DNA of 38,908 nucleotides. Source: Cyanophyceae cyanobacterium (GTDB taxonomy: Bacteria > Cyanobacteriota > Cyanobacteriia > Cyanobacteriales > Laspinemataceae). Numbering within the stretch: position 1 is the stretch's first letter; each line of letters begins with the position of its first letter. A model generated the notes under the pieces. That model did not search any database, was not told the DNA's origin, and saw only the letters and a list, made by a program, of their open reading frames with translations. This document shows positions 16,792 through 27,083 of the stretch, piece by piece. The DNA lies in NCBI GenBank assembly GCA_038321985.1, contig JBBQFN010000046.1, positions 1 to 38,908 of the forward strand, written 5' to 3'. The position numbers were made by a program, and so were the translations under genes.

Positions 16792-18168
16792 TTAGGCTTC
16801 TTCTAGCCAGACGTTGGGGAGTTGAGAGGGGCGGTCGGGTAGCTGCATTAAGCCCATTTCGGTAAGTCGAACGATATGGGAGAGGGTATCGACTAATTGA
16901 GAGTCGAAACGGGTGTTACTGCGAGCTTGACATTTTTCTAGGGCCTCCGAAAGACTACGGGCCGATCGCGAACCGCGCGCTTGGGTGAGTTCTTGGAAAT
17001 AGGAGACTAACCCCAGAACTTGGGATTCTAGGGGGATATCTTGCTTTCGGAGTCCATCGGGTTTACCGCTGCCGTCCCAGTATTCTAGGTGATGCTTGAC
17101 GATGTGAGTGACGGGGGCTAATTCGGACATGGCGGAAAGCAATTGAGCGCTGAGGATAGCTCGATCGCCCCAAAATGTCAAACTCACCTCATCCAACTCT
17201 CGGGAGGTTTTGGCAAAAACTTCGATGGGTGCGGAGACTAACCCAATTCGGAAGAGTAAACCCGCCAATCGCAGCCGCCGCAGTTGCAGGGTAGGCAAAT
17301 CTAGCAATTGACCGACGGTTTCGCATAAGGCGGAGACTTGCAGGCAAGCACAGGGATTGGCTTGATCTCGTTCGTCTACGCGCTGGGCCATCCGTAAAAA
17401 GGCTTGCAGTTTATTGGCATTTAAATTACGACTAATTTTGAGGGCGCGACCTTCTAATTCCCAGAGTTCGCGGGTTTGCCGGTTGATCGACACCAGTTGC
17501 TGTTGCGAAGTTTGCAGATAGGTGACGATTCGGGACACCACGCCGGTCATATCAGCTAAGGGAAGACCTTTGATGGCGAGGATGTCCTGGAGTTGTTGGC
17601 CGAGGCGATCGCACAGGGGCGGATTGTAGGGACGAAATCGTTCGATTAAAATTTCTGCGGATTTGGCGACGAGTTCTTGGTCAAAGGTCCACATCCCATA
17701 AAATTTCCGTTCCATATCCACGGACGGTTGACCTTCGGGTAAATACTCGTCTTCAGAAAGCTCGTGGCACAGAAGCATGGCCCGATAGGTGGGGGCGATG
17801 ATGATTAAGTTCCACTCATTGACTAAACTATCTTGGGGGTCAAGTTCCAGCAATGAGACGTTTTCCAGTTCATTGGTGCGGTGGGAGCTAAAGCCACTCT
17901 CAGCCAGGGCAGCGATCGCGACGTGACCGGAATGTTGCGCCAGGTCCCAATACCGTTCGGCTTCTTGCAAATACCACTTGCCTTGCTGAAAGGTGACGAG
18001 CACCAGGGGTTTCTGGTCCGAGTCGGTGGCAGAAGATTCCAGAAGATGATCTTCCAGGGCGTGGCACAGGGCCACTAGGGTATTTTTAAAGTAAACCCCA
18101 TAGCTACTAGGCAGTTGTCCTTGGGGACTGGCGGCTTTTAGCTGGTTGAGTGTGGATTCCGGATTCAT
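16792..18168 (-). CDS. DICT sensory domain + degenerate HD-GYP domain protein
   Basis: YFKNTLVALCHALED, TFQQGKWY..EAERY, EWNLI and ERKFYGMWTFD (DICT); C-terminal HHLEYWDGSGKPDGL..IPLESQVL. Confidence 0.85.
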   Translation of the reverse strand: MNPESTLNQLKAASPQGQLPSSYGVYFKNTLVALCHALEDHLLESSATDSDQKPLVLVTFQQGKWYLQEAERYWDLAQHSGHVAIAALAESGFSSHRTNELENVSLLELDPQDSLVNEWNLIIIAPTYRAMLLCHELSEDEYLPEGQPSVDMERKFYGMWTFDQELVAKSAEILIERFRPYNPPLCDRLGQQLQDILAIKGLPLADMTGVVSRIVTYLQTSQQQLVSINRQTRELWELEGRALKISRNLNANKLQAFLRMAQRVDERDQANPCACLQVSALCETVGQLLDLPTLQLRRLRLAGLLFRIGLVSAPIEVFAKTSRELDEVSLTFWGDRAILSAQLLSAMSELAPVTHIVKHHLEYWDGSGKPDGLRKQDIPLESQVLGLVSYFQELTQARGSRSARSLSEALEKCQARSNTRFDSQLVDTLSHIVRLTEMGLMQLPDRPSQLPNVWLEEA

Positions 18169-18239
18169 CTTATAGGGTGATAATTTATTATTTTCCCTAT
18201 CATACCGGGAATCGGAGCCACTTTAGATTCGGGTAGGCG

Positions 18240-20783
18240 CTACACAAAATCAAAGGAGTCTAGGCTAGTGGCGAGGACATTTTGCAAGCGGGCATAATAT
18301 TCCCCAGTCTGGCGATCGCGAAGGATGGTATCTGTGGCATAAGCATCACTCCCTTGATAGATTTCCAACTGCCCAAAGGTGAGGTCGCCGACGAATTCGA
18401 TGATATCTTCATCTTTAGTAAAATCTGTAATCAAATCGGCTTCCTCGACACTCTGTGCCCCCGTGCTTACTCCAATACCAAAGCTATCCCTACTGGGTCC
18501 GCCGGTCAGGGTATCTCGACCCAAACCACCAAATAAGCGATCGCTACCTTCACCGCCAAAGAGCATATCATTGCCATCTCCTCCATAAAGGCGATCGCTG
18601 CCTTCGCCCCCATAGACAACGTCATCCCCGGCGAGGCCATGCAAGTGATCATTTCCAGAACCGCCGAATATAATATCCTGACCGGCCCCCCCTTCAATTC
18701 CGTCATTGCCTCCTTGTCCGTATATAACATTATCTCCCCCAATTCCGGAGATGATGTCATTGCCCTCGCGACCGTGGATAATGTCATTGTTGGGGGATCC
18801 AGTAATGCGGTCATCACTCCTGGTGAGACCGATCGCCGACGCTCTGGTGAGAGTTTCCTCTATCCCCGTGTTGTTGGTGTTGCTGAAACTAAGACTGAAT
18901 GGATCAATCGAGAGTCCTTGATAGGCGGGGTCTTCACTTTCGACAGCATAGTTGATCCCAACCTGGGGATTTCCATGTTGGAAACTGCGACTGGGTGGGA
19001 CTGGAACATCTAAAGCACTCAAGGTGATAGTTTGGGGTAGGTTCCAGTTCTGGGGAGTAAAGGTAATAGAGTAAGTAGTAGTGCCCGAATGCTCCGTTGT
19101 TGAGTCCGCTCGAAGCGAGTCGTGGGCCAGGGTTAAGAGGTTGTCAGGCAGCTCGGCGGTGATAGTAACCGTGTCTGTAGGCTGGCGGGAGAGGACGATT
19201 TTAAAAGGATCCCACCCGAAACCTTGAATGATGTGAGTGCTGCCAATGGGTTGGATTAATTCAACCTCACCCGGGATTACCGGAGGGGGAACGTCGATCA
19301 CAGTGACACCGACTGGATCAAAGTCCCGTCCCCCGTAATCGGGGTCGGTACTGGTTGCTTGAGGGCGGATTTGGACCAAGCGATCGCCTTGAGCAATCTC
19401 ATCGGCGATCGCCGTGACGGTTACGGTTTGGGCCTGGTCCCAATTGTCTGGGGTAAAGACGAGATCCTCCAAAGGTTCAATTCCCGCTTCGTCCGTATCG
19501 AAGGAGATCGTTACGTTTCCCGTGGGTTGGCGACTCAGGACGACGGAGTAGAGTTCGCTACTGCTGCCTTCCGCCAGTTCCAGGGTATCTTCTGTGGGGG
19601 TAATGATTAGTTCAGCAAGAGTCGGGACTTCTTCCTCCGGTTCCTCCCCCTCACTGACTCCGGCACTGAGTCCTTTACTATAAATGCCATAGCCACTGCC
19701 GTCTTGACTTTCGCTTTGCCAGACAATGATGAAGTCACCTTGAGCGTTGGGTGCGATCGCCGCCGAGCTTTGAATTCCCTGAGTGTATTCATTGATGGGT
19801 GCGGTTTCCTCTGGATTGAGGAGAGTGCCATCGCGACTGTAGCGCTTGACGAAAATATCGCTTGAGTTTTGGGGATTATTTTCGTTTGAATAGGCGATCG
19901 CCAGGGTGCCATCGGGACTAATCGCCACCGCCTTAGTTTCAGCGTTGATTTCAGGATCGAGCTTAATTTCATCCCCAATGGGTTGGCGGGGATTGAACTC
20001 ATAGCGTTGAGCGTAGAGACCTCCGAAGGCATTGCCACCCCCGCTTTCCCAAGAGATTGAGAAGGTTGATCCATCAGGAGCGATCGCCACTATCGGCTTT
20101 TCTTGGTTGGCTTGAGTGGTCGTATTGACCTGAAAGGCGGACTCATCTATTGCGCCGTCTGCATTAAAGCGCCGGGCAAAAATATCGCGCCCCGCCCCTC
20201 CATTGCCTGGGTTAACTTGCTCCCAAGTGATGACGAAGTTGCCGTTCGGGGCCATTGCGATCGTCGGGTTAGCTGCATTAACTCCCCCCGTACTCACCTC
20301 AAACGCTTCAGTAAGTTCGTTTTCAACATTGTACCGTTGCGCAACAATGACTGCATTAGTACCGTTTCCCTGTGCCCCGACTAGCACAATATTTCCGTCA
20401 CCGTCCAGGGCAAATGCTCCCTCATTTCCCGCACTGGTGAGTGACGAGGCAACTGGCTCTCCTACTGGAGTTCCCGCACTGTCATACCGTTGAAAAAATA
20501 TACCGGCTTCGGGTCCGGTTTGTTCCCACGCAATTACAAAACTTCCATCCAGGGCGATCGCGAGGGCGGGGTTTTCCAGATTGCTAGCTGTGGCGACTGC
20601 TAGCTCATCCCCGACCGGATTGCCTGCGCTGTCATACCGCTGGGCATAAATTCCCGCCGGACCTTCCAGACTTTCCCAGGCAACAATCGTAACCCCTTGA
20701 CCATTGCTGGCGATTCTGGGGTTAAGTTGATCTCCTTCCACCGTAGTATTAACTTTAGTATCTAAACCTATAAGCTCGGGCAT
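18240..20783 (-). CDS. Secreted/surface Ca2+-binding RTX-repeat protein
   Basis: ~10 GGxGxD nonapeptides near the C-terminus; N-terminal repeats (IYAQRYD..G), two FTPxNW Ig-like modules; no Sec signal; GGAGG RBS. Confidence 0.85.
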   Translation of the reverse strand: MPELIGLDTKVNTTVEGDQLNPRIASNGQGVTIVAWESLEGPAGIYAQRYDSAGNPVGDELAVATASNLENPALAIALDGSFVIAWEQTGPEAGIFFQRYDSAGTPVGEPVASSLTSAGNEGAFALDGDGNIVLVGAQGNGTNAVIVAQRYNVENELTEAFEVSTGGVNAANPTIAMAPNGNFVITWEQVNPGNGGAGRDIFARRFNADGAIDESAFQVNTTTQANQEKPIVAIAPDGSTFSISWESGGGNAFGGLYAQRYEFNPRQPIGDEIKLDPEINAETKAVAISPDGTLAIAYSNENNPQNSSDIFVKRYSRDGTLLNPEETAPINEYTQGIQSSAAIAPNAQGDFIIVWQSESQDGSGYGIYSKGLSAGVSEGEEPEEEVPTLAELIITPTEDTLELAEGSSSELYSVVLSRQPTGNVTISFDTDEAGIEPLEDLVFTPDNWDQAQTVTVTAIADEIAQGDRLVQIRPQATSTDPDYGGRDFDPVGVTVIDVPPPVIPGEVELIQPIGSTHIIQGFGWDPFKIVLSRQPTDTVTITAELPDNLLTLAHDSLRADSTTEHSGTTTYSITFTPQNWNLPQTITLSALDVPVPPSRSFQHGNPQVGINYAVESEDPAYQGLSIDPFSLSFSNTNNTGIEETLTRASAIGLTRSDDRITGSPNNDIIHGREGNDIISGIGGDNVIYGQGGNDGIEGGAGQDIIFGGSGNDHLHGLAGDDVVYGGEGSDRLYGGDGNDMLFGGEGSDRLFGGLGRDTLTGGPSRDSFGIGVSTGAQSVEEADLITDFTKDEDIIEFVGDLTFGQLEIYQGSDAYATDTILRDRQTGEYYARLQNVLATSLDSFDFV

Positions 20784-21408
20784 ATACACTCCTCCCCTTT
20801 ACGAAAAAACCCTTTCCCACTAGGTTTGCTACAACGACTTACCTGCTGGCTACTGCACTCTTTCACTCAGATCGAGGCTATAACATCGGGGTTCTTCTTA
20901 ATTTTAGGTGTCGATTACCCATTAAGAGATGGCCCAACAGATAGACCTTATCGCTCTAACCTCTATTGAGCAGGTAGTTACATCTCTCTCCAAATGCATA
21001 GTCTGGATAATGCTGCGATCGCTCCTCATCCCCTAGGTATAGACCGCCTGTTTGGGTCCCTTTTCCCTCCCCCTTCATTGTTCTCCTGGGATAGGGGCAT
21101 CTGGATTCTAAGTCCCCAAAAGTGTTAAATCTTCTAGTTATTTTCCTCAATATAACATGATCTTAAATCGGGCATCCGGGAAAAGCCCTGTGGAAATCAC
21201 TGAGATAACGTGAGAAAAAAGCACTTTTAGTTAAGAATTGTAAATTTTGGGTCCCTTTAAAGAAAACCCGCCCCAAGTCAAGGGTGCGGCTACAACAACA
21301 CAGTCTGCTGGCGCTTAAGTGGAGACAAAATAGATTTGGCAAAACCGGATGGGGTATGACTCCATCGAATCCCGTCCTATCTTCCTTCACCTCAGCAAAT
21401 TTTACAGT

Positions 21409-24400
21409 TTACCAAGGACTACCAATCATCACAAAAGCAGCCCAATAATAGGGATGATCAAGATTCTGATTGGCTAACTCTTGGATCTCGGGCGGCAGAG
21501 AAATTTTCCGAGATGGATTAATAGCAATCCATTGACCATTTTCGATACGCCAGTCTCCGTCAATCATCGCCATTTGAGCGCGGCGTAATGCTTCAGCTTT
21601 AATGTAAGGGCGGGTTGATGAAGGTGTGCCATCTTCCTCGGTCCATCCGGACCTAAATTGATTATAAAATTCATTCATTAAGGCCACAGTTCCTTCATCG
21701 CTGATGTACCAAATACTCGCCAAAGCCGATTTGACTCCCGCCTGAACTGCCAACCCAGCAAACCCTAATTCGGCATTGCGATCGCCGATGGCAGTCCGGC
21801 AAGCTGATAACACTAATAATTCAACGGGCGGGTCGTTCCATTTGAGTTTACGAAGTTCAGAAAGGGGCAGAGTAGTATCCCACAACTGAATAAAAGAATT
21901 ACTGGGAGAACCGGGTTTAAAGTCGGCATGAGTTGCCAAATGAATCATCTGAAAAGGTTGTTTTTGACGTTGAGCTTGGAGATTTTTTAACGTCAATTTT
22001 TCATTTAAAAAAGATTGACCCGGCCACTCAGTTAGAATGCTCGAAAGCTCGACCGGCACCGCCGGTAAAGGATACATATCGGGGAACTCGGATACTCCCA
22101 TTGCCAAAAGTTGAGCATTGTTCAGGGGGTTATAGTTCATTTCGGTTAAATTCACACTGGGAATTAGGCCGATTGAAAATTGTTGAATCAGAAATTGCTC
22201 CCCATCGTATAAGGCGGCCACGGGAAGGGAACGCAACCCCTCATCCATGGAAAACATCAACGTATCGATATCAAGGTCTATGAGTTCCGCTTTTAAAGGT
22301 TGAATCAGCCACTCATATAGCTTTTGAGCAGGAACTCGGTAACTGTTAGTCGTCCGGGACCGGGGGTCAGCAATAGATTTTCTAAAGTCCGTGACTATTT
22401 TCAGAAGTGTTTCGCGATCGGCAGCCTCCACTTTTTTGTAAATTGGATCACCTTTTGTCGGAACGAGAATTAGATCTAATTGTTGCTCCCTAACAAAGGT
22501 ATAAAGAATCGCCGGATTAGTACCTGTTGGTTCGGAATCGTTCACGATTCTTTCTTGCAGGGCCGTAAATGTTTTGAAATCACGTCTGACATTGTAATTT
22601 AGGTAAACTCCCAATTCTTCTGTAAAGTACATATCCAGAAGGCTAACTGCTTCGGTTATATTCTCTGCATCAAGCTGCTGTTCAATATCCAGCCGGTTGA
22701 TGGTCCGAATATTAGAGGAAATTTGGGCTTCCGATAATGGCGAAAGCTGAGAAGTTTGAGGCAAATCAAAGTGCCCATAACCCGTCGAATTGAAAGCGGG
22801 AATGGGTGGCGCTAAGGTGTTGGCAATCTCTGTTTCTCCTAAATAATTGGGGGCACCCTCTAATTGCAGCGATCGCAGGGTCCGAACAATGGGTATCGGT
22901 TCCACATTTGGGGTGGGGGGGTCAACAGCGGGGTTCAAGATTACTGGGGCGATCGGGGAATTCTCCCCGGAGTTACTAGAGGGGGGGACAGGGTTAGATG
23001 GATTGCCTCCGGGTGGATTACTGGTATCCGGTCCCGGTGAAATAATAAATGGTGGAAGCACCGGATTCGGCTGTATAGGAGTGATGAGGGGTCCGGTTGA
23101 AGGATTATTTGACCCTGTGGGTGGAGAAGCTGAATCGGGTTGAGTAGGAGTTCCATTCCCCGGTGATGTAGGAGTTCCATCTCCCGGTGATGTAGGAGTT
23201 CCATCTCCCGGTGATGTGGGAGTTCCATTCCCCGGTGGCGTGGGTGTTCCATTCCCCGGTGATGTAGGAGTTCCATCTCCCGGTGGCGTGGGTGTTCCAT
23301 TCCCCGGTGGCGTGGGTGTTCCATTCCCCGGTGGCGTGGGTGTTCCATTTGGGGGTGTAGGCGTTCCATCTCCCGGTGGCGTGGGTGTTCCATCTCCCGG
23401 TGGCGTGGGTGTTCCATCTCCCGGTGGCGTGGGTGTTCCATCTCCCGGTGGCGTGGGTGTTCCATTCCCCGGGGGCGTGGGTGTTCCATTTGGGGGTGTA
23501 GGGGTTCCATCTCCCGGTGGCGTGGGTGTTCCATCTCCCGGTGGTGTAGGAGTTTCATTACCGGGTTCCGTAGGAGTTTCATTCCCGGGTTCCGTGGGAG
23601 TTTCATTACCTGGTTCCGTAGGAGTTTCATTCCCGGGTTCCGTAGGAGTTTCATTCCCTGGTTCCGTAGGAGTTTCATTCCCTGGTTCCGTGGGAGTTTC
23701 ATTACCCGGTTCCGTGGGAGTTTCATTTCCTGGTTCCGTGGGAGTTTCATTCCCGGGTTCCGTAGGAGTTTCATTCCCGGGTTCCGTAGGAGTGCCATCG
23801 GAACTTTGAGTAATGATCGTAATATTGCCTTCAATATAGATAGAGGGCGGGACGGGGACGGTGAAGGTTGGCGAAATCGTGATAGAACCCGTGGTAATCG
23901 CACCGGCGGTCCCGTTGACTGTGGCATCCCCGATAGTAAATGGGGTGGTAGTGCCTCCCCTGTGTTGGATGCGAATCTCTCCGCCGCGATCGCCTGTTTC
24001 TGCGGATGAAATACTGACGCTGTTATCGTCATCAAAGGGGCCGCCCACGCGCAGGAAATTACCGGCGTTGATATTGATGTCACCCCCTTGGGAATTTAGG
24101 GTTCCGGTGACGATGATGTCATTGTTAGCTGTGAGGCCAATGTCTCCCCCAGCGGTGGCGATCGCATCGAGAACCAATTCTCCTGCCGAGTTTAAAATCA
24201 CAGGTCCTCCGGCAGTGGAGACGGTTCCCAGGGTAATATTATTCGCTGCACTTTGAGGTCTGGAGATAAAAAAGGTGTTACCTACGGTCGTCGGTAAGTC
24301 AGAGGGATTCACTAACGTTTCTACCCCCGATCGCAAGATTAAAGTCGCCTCATTCAGGAGGAGGTCGGCATCGGGGTCATTCAGGTTACCCAGGGTTATA

Positions 24401-25812
24401 TCTGGACCCGTGATTGTAATATTCTCCGCAACGATCGCCCCCCCGGCTTCAACTTTTAGGGAGACTCCGGTATAAGTCCCAAACACAACATCACCACTGG
24501 CGCTGATAATCGGGTCATATTCGCTCACGAACTGGCCCCCACCCCCCAGTCCATTCTCAATAGAGAAATTTCTCCCAGCAGAAAAGTTAGAATCCCCGGA
24601 AATACTACCTGGACTGACTAAGCTAATATTTCCCCCCGCTTGAAAGGCGGGCTGGATTCCGGTTAAAGCTAATATATCAATCCCCTGGTCTGCGACAATG
24701 GCTAAATTGCCCCCGGCGATCGCCTGCAAACCCCGCGCCCCCTCACGCACCCGGACCGTATCCCCGGCTTGCAGGGTTAAGTCCCCTGTCGTCAACATTT
24801 GACCGCCTACTACGGTAAGGTTATTGGGGGCCGAAAGGATGGCATTTGCGCTGTTAACGGTTGTTAGGTCCCGGAGGGCTGGGGAGGACAAAGGGCGATC
24901 GGTAATCACAAGATCCCCTTGATCTACCCGCAAACCCGAACCCGTCAACACCGCGGTTCCCCCCTCAATCACGGTGATACCCGTCGCATGACTCATCCCA
25001 GTTTGGGTCAGTAATTCCGGTAAAGAAAGTGGACTCATCGACAAAGCAGGATTGCCAGAATTTTGCCCAGTCAACTCCTGCGGATTCACCTCAATGCTAA
25101 GTAAATATCCCTCCTGTGCAATCCGAACCAAACTCTCTCCCGGTACCGCCGCCAAAGTAATCGTTCCCCCAGGGGCAGTTAGGCTTCCGGTACTGAGTAC
25201 AGTTCCCCCAATTAAACTTAAATTTTGATGAGGGTTGAGCGTTAAGTCAGCGGCATTAATAATACTTCCCAGTTCTTGACTACTGAAAGAAAATGCTAGA
25301 GGATTCCCGACTAACTGGGTGTAATTATTTAATCCTTCCCCCTCCCACCAACCGGATTCAAATCCGATTCCGGTGGCCGTGGTTGCGGTAAAGGCACCCG
25401 GTACATTCAGGGCAGCGTCCGGCCCAAAAACCAGTCCCGCTGGGTTGATTAAAAATAAATTAGGACTGCCTCCAGTTACCTGAATTAAGCCGTTAATATA
25501 AGAAGCCTCTGCACCTGTCACACGGCCAAGAATATTGCGAATTTCTGGATTGGAGAGAAAATTAGCAGTCTGCCCCGCATCTAATCCAAATTGTTCAAAA
25601 GTATGAAAAAGATTTCCTCCATCAGAGGAAATTGTTCCGCCTTGAATCTGAAAAATTTCTCCCTGGGGATTGACTACTGTCGCGGTTCCATCTCCAGCCG
25701 GGATAATCGGTTGTGGTGGTAGGGAGAAAGCTACAAGGGGAGAAACAAACGGTAATATTACCCCCAGGGAAATGGAGAGTAAAAACCGTGTTTTATAAAC
25801 TATAAATTTCAT
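21409..25812 (-). CDS. Filamentous haemagglutinin N-terminal (TPS) domain + Pro/Thr repeat + CHAT domain protein
   Basis: Signal peptide, NLFHTFEQF, NILGRV, LFLINPAG; C-terminal CHAT with HLATH, LVLSAC and HPYYWAAF. Confidence 0.92.
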   Translation of the reverse strand: MKFIVYKTRFLLSISLGVILPFVSPLVAFSLPPQPIIPAGDGTATVVNPQGEIFQIQGGTISSDGGNLFHTFEQFGLDAGQTANFLSNPEIRNILGRVTGAEASYINGLIQVTGGSPNLFLINPAGLVFGPDAALNVPGAFTATTATGIGFESGWWEGEGLNNYTQLVGNPLAFSFSSQELGSIINAADLTLNPHQNLSLIGGTVLSTGSLTAPGGTITLAAVPGESLVRIAQEGYLLSIEVNPQELTGQNSGNPALSMSPLSLPELLTQTGMSHATGITVIEGGTAVLTGSGLRVDQGDLVITDRPLSSPALRDLTTVNSANAILSAPNNLTVVGGQMLTTGDLTLQAGDTVRVREGARGLQAIAGGNLAIVADQGIDILALTGIQPAFQAGGNISLVSPGSISGDSNFSAGRNFSIENGLGGGGQFVSEYDPIISASGDVVFGTYTGVSLKVEAGGAIVAENITITGPDITLGNLNDPDADLLLNEATLILRSGVETLVNPSDLPTTVGNTFFISRPQSAANNITLGTVSTAGGPVILNSAGELVLDAIATAGGDIGLTANNDIIVTGTLNSQGGDININAGNFLRVGGPFDDDNSVSISSAETGDRGGEIRIQHRGGTTTPFTIGDATVNGTAGAITTGSITISPTFTVPVPPSIYIEGNITIITQSSDGTPTEPGNETPTEPGNETPTEPGNETPTEPGNETPTEPGNETPTEPGNETPTEPGNETPTEPGNETPTEPGNETPTEPGNETPTPPGDGTPTPPGDGTPTPPNGTPTPPGNGTPTPPGDGTPTPPGDGTPTPPGDGTPTPPGDGTPTPPNGTPTPPGNGTPTPPGNGTPTPPGDGTPTSPGNGTPTPPGNGTPTSPGDGTPTSPGDGTPTSPGNGTPTQPDSASPPTGSNNPSTGPLITPIQPNPVLPPFIISPGPDTSNPPGGNPSNPVPPSSNSGENSPIAPVILNPAVDPPTPNVEPIPIVRTLRSLQLEGAPNYLGETEIANTLAPPIPAFNSTGYGHFDLPQTSQLSPLSEAQISSNIRTINRLDIEQQLDAENITEAVSLLDMYFTEELGVYLNYNVRRDFKTFTALQERIVNDSEPTGTNPAILYTFVREQQLDLILVPTKGDPIYKKVEAADRETLLKIVTDFRKSIADPRSRTTNSYRVPAQKLYEWLIQPLKAELIDLDIDTLMFSMDEGLRSLPVAALYDGEQFLIQQFSIGLIPSVNLTEMNYNPLNNAQLLAMGVSEFPDMYPLPAVPVELSSILTEWPGQSFLNEKLTLKNLQAQRQKQPFQMIHLATHADFKPGSPSNSFIQLWDTTLPLSELRKLKWNDPPVELLVLSACRTAIGDRNAELGFAGLAVQAGVKSALASIWYISDEGTVALMNEFYNQFRSGWTEEDGTPSSTRPYIKAEALRRAQMAMIDGDWRIENGQWIAINPSRKISLPPEIQELANQNLDHPYYWAAFVMIGSPW
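23147..23788 (-). repeat. 24-bp coding tandem repeat: 10x PTEPGNET followed by 17x PT(P/S)PG(D/N)GT-type units
   Basis: Ten GGAGTTTCATTHCCBGGTTCCGTR units at 23549-23788; 17 related units at 23147-23548 (two are 21 bp). Confidence 0.95.
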
Positions 25813-27083
25813 AATAAAAATTAATTAAGAATAAAACAATTATCCAAAAATAATAGAGGTGAATTCATTAGAAAAAGCAAGATCTAAAAATGGAATTACT
25901 ACCCGTATCTACAGGTGGAAGCGGAGATGCCAGATACTTTTTCTAGTTCTTACGCTGTGGCGATCGCCCCCGAATCCAACCACTTACTATGCACTCTCTT
26001 TCCAGATAGCTTGCCCCTCCTTGAGACTGAAATAATCGCAGTTATAGGGACTAAAAAGCGTATAACATTTTTCAGCTTCGGCCCTCTCCCCCCTTTAACT
26101 CCTTATCCTGGATTGACGAAGAGGATAGAGTTTCCGTTTTCTTGACTGTTCAAGAGGCGATCGCTCATCATAAAGCGCGTTCAACCTCTTTCCCTTTACA
26201 AGCTGCAATTTTAGCGCTCTCTATTCAGCAATCCGGGCGATCGCCGTCTCTACTCTTAAAATACGTGACCCGTTCACCCCCTTTTCCAACGTAGGATTAG
26301 AATCCCGAAATCTTAATAGCGCAACTCCACCTTAAAATCTTTAAGTTAACCTTTTCCACTATAGTTGATGCTTTGGAAAATGACCTCACCTAAAGGATAG
26401 ATTTGGACTCTTAAAAAGTAAAAATTTTCTGAAACGGATAAACCTACAGGAATAGGCAAATCTAACAGCAGCAGACCCCTGATAGCAAGGGGAGAGAAGA
26501 CCTCAAAAAGGATCCTGGCGATCGCCCCTTGCCGAACCCTTCAAGTGGCACTTTCACTCAGGGACCTGCATTTAAACCCTACTCGGGGAAAGAGAATTAT
26601 CCTTTTTTAGGTTAAAACTCCCCCAAGTTTAAAACAGTTCCAATAGAGGCCCTTACCTCTTTCCAGTAGCATCCTTACCCAGGAGGATAGGGAGGGAAAA
26701 GCATTCCGAACCTTTCAAGGTAGCGTTTCCGCGATTTATTGTGTAGAGATAGCAATCAGGAGTAGTAGGGCGAACATACTCCTAAAAATTTACATTATAA
26801 CGGAAGTAAATGCTATAAATATTATCTCTATTCTTCCTAATTTTAAAAGTATAAATTCAGAAAATTTACTTCTATAATTAATATTTTACAAATTATTTTT
26901 AATTTAAAAATAGCTCATATCTCTTAGAGTTTAAATTGTAGATAAGCATATTAAAAATTTCAACATCATCAAAAACAACACTTATTATAGAGGGATAAAC
27001 GAATTACAAAACTTCCTGTACTATAATAAATTAAATTAATCCCTCTTACCACCAGCTTTTAAGTTGGCTGCGATCGCAAGCTT

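Noticed and set aside
20790..21408. c-di-GMP riboswitch or small ORFs upstream of the RTX gene
   Set aside because: No GEMM consensus recognised; the 64- and 75-aa ORFs lack RBS or protein-like features
23147..23788. Possible CRISPR or DGR template repeats
   Set aside because: Contiguous coding repeats without spacers; no reverse transcriptase and no adenine-specific variation
22941..24083. 380-aa alternative-frame ORF and the antisense 23216-23809 ORF (GVGVP repeats)
   Set aside because: Shadows of the 24-bp repeat; nucleotide variation is synonymous only in the CHAT-gene frame
25915..26145. 76-aa GTG ORF in the large intergenic region
   Set aside because: No RBS or recognisable features; probably spurious
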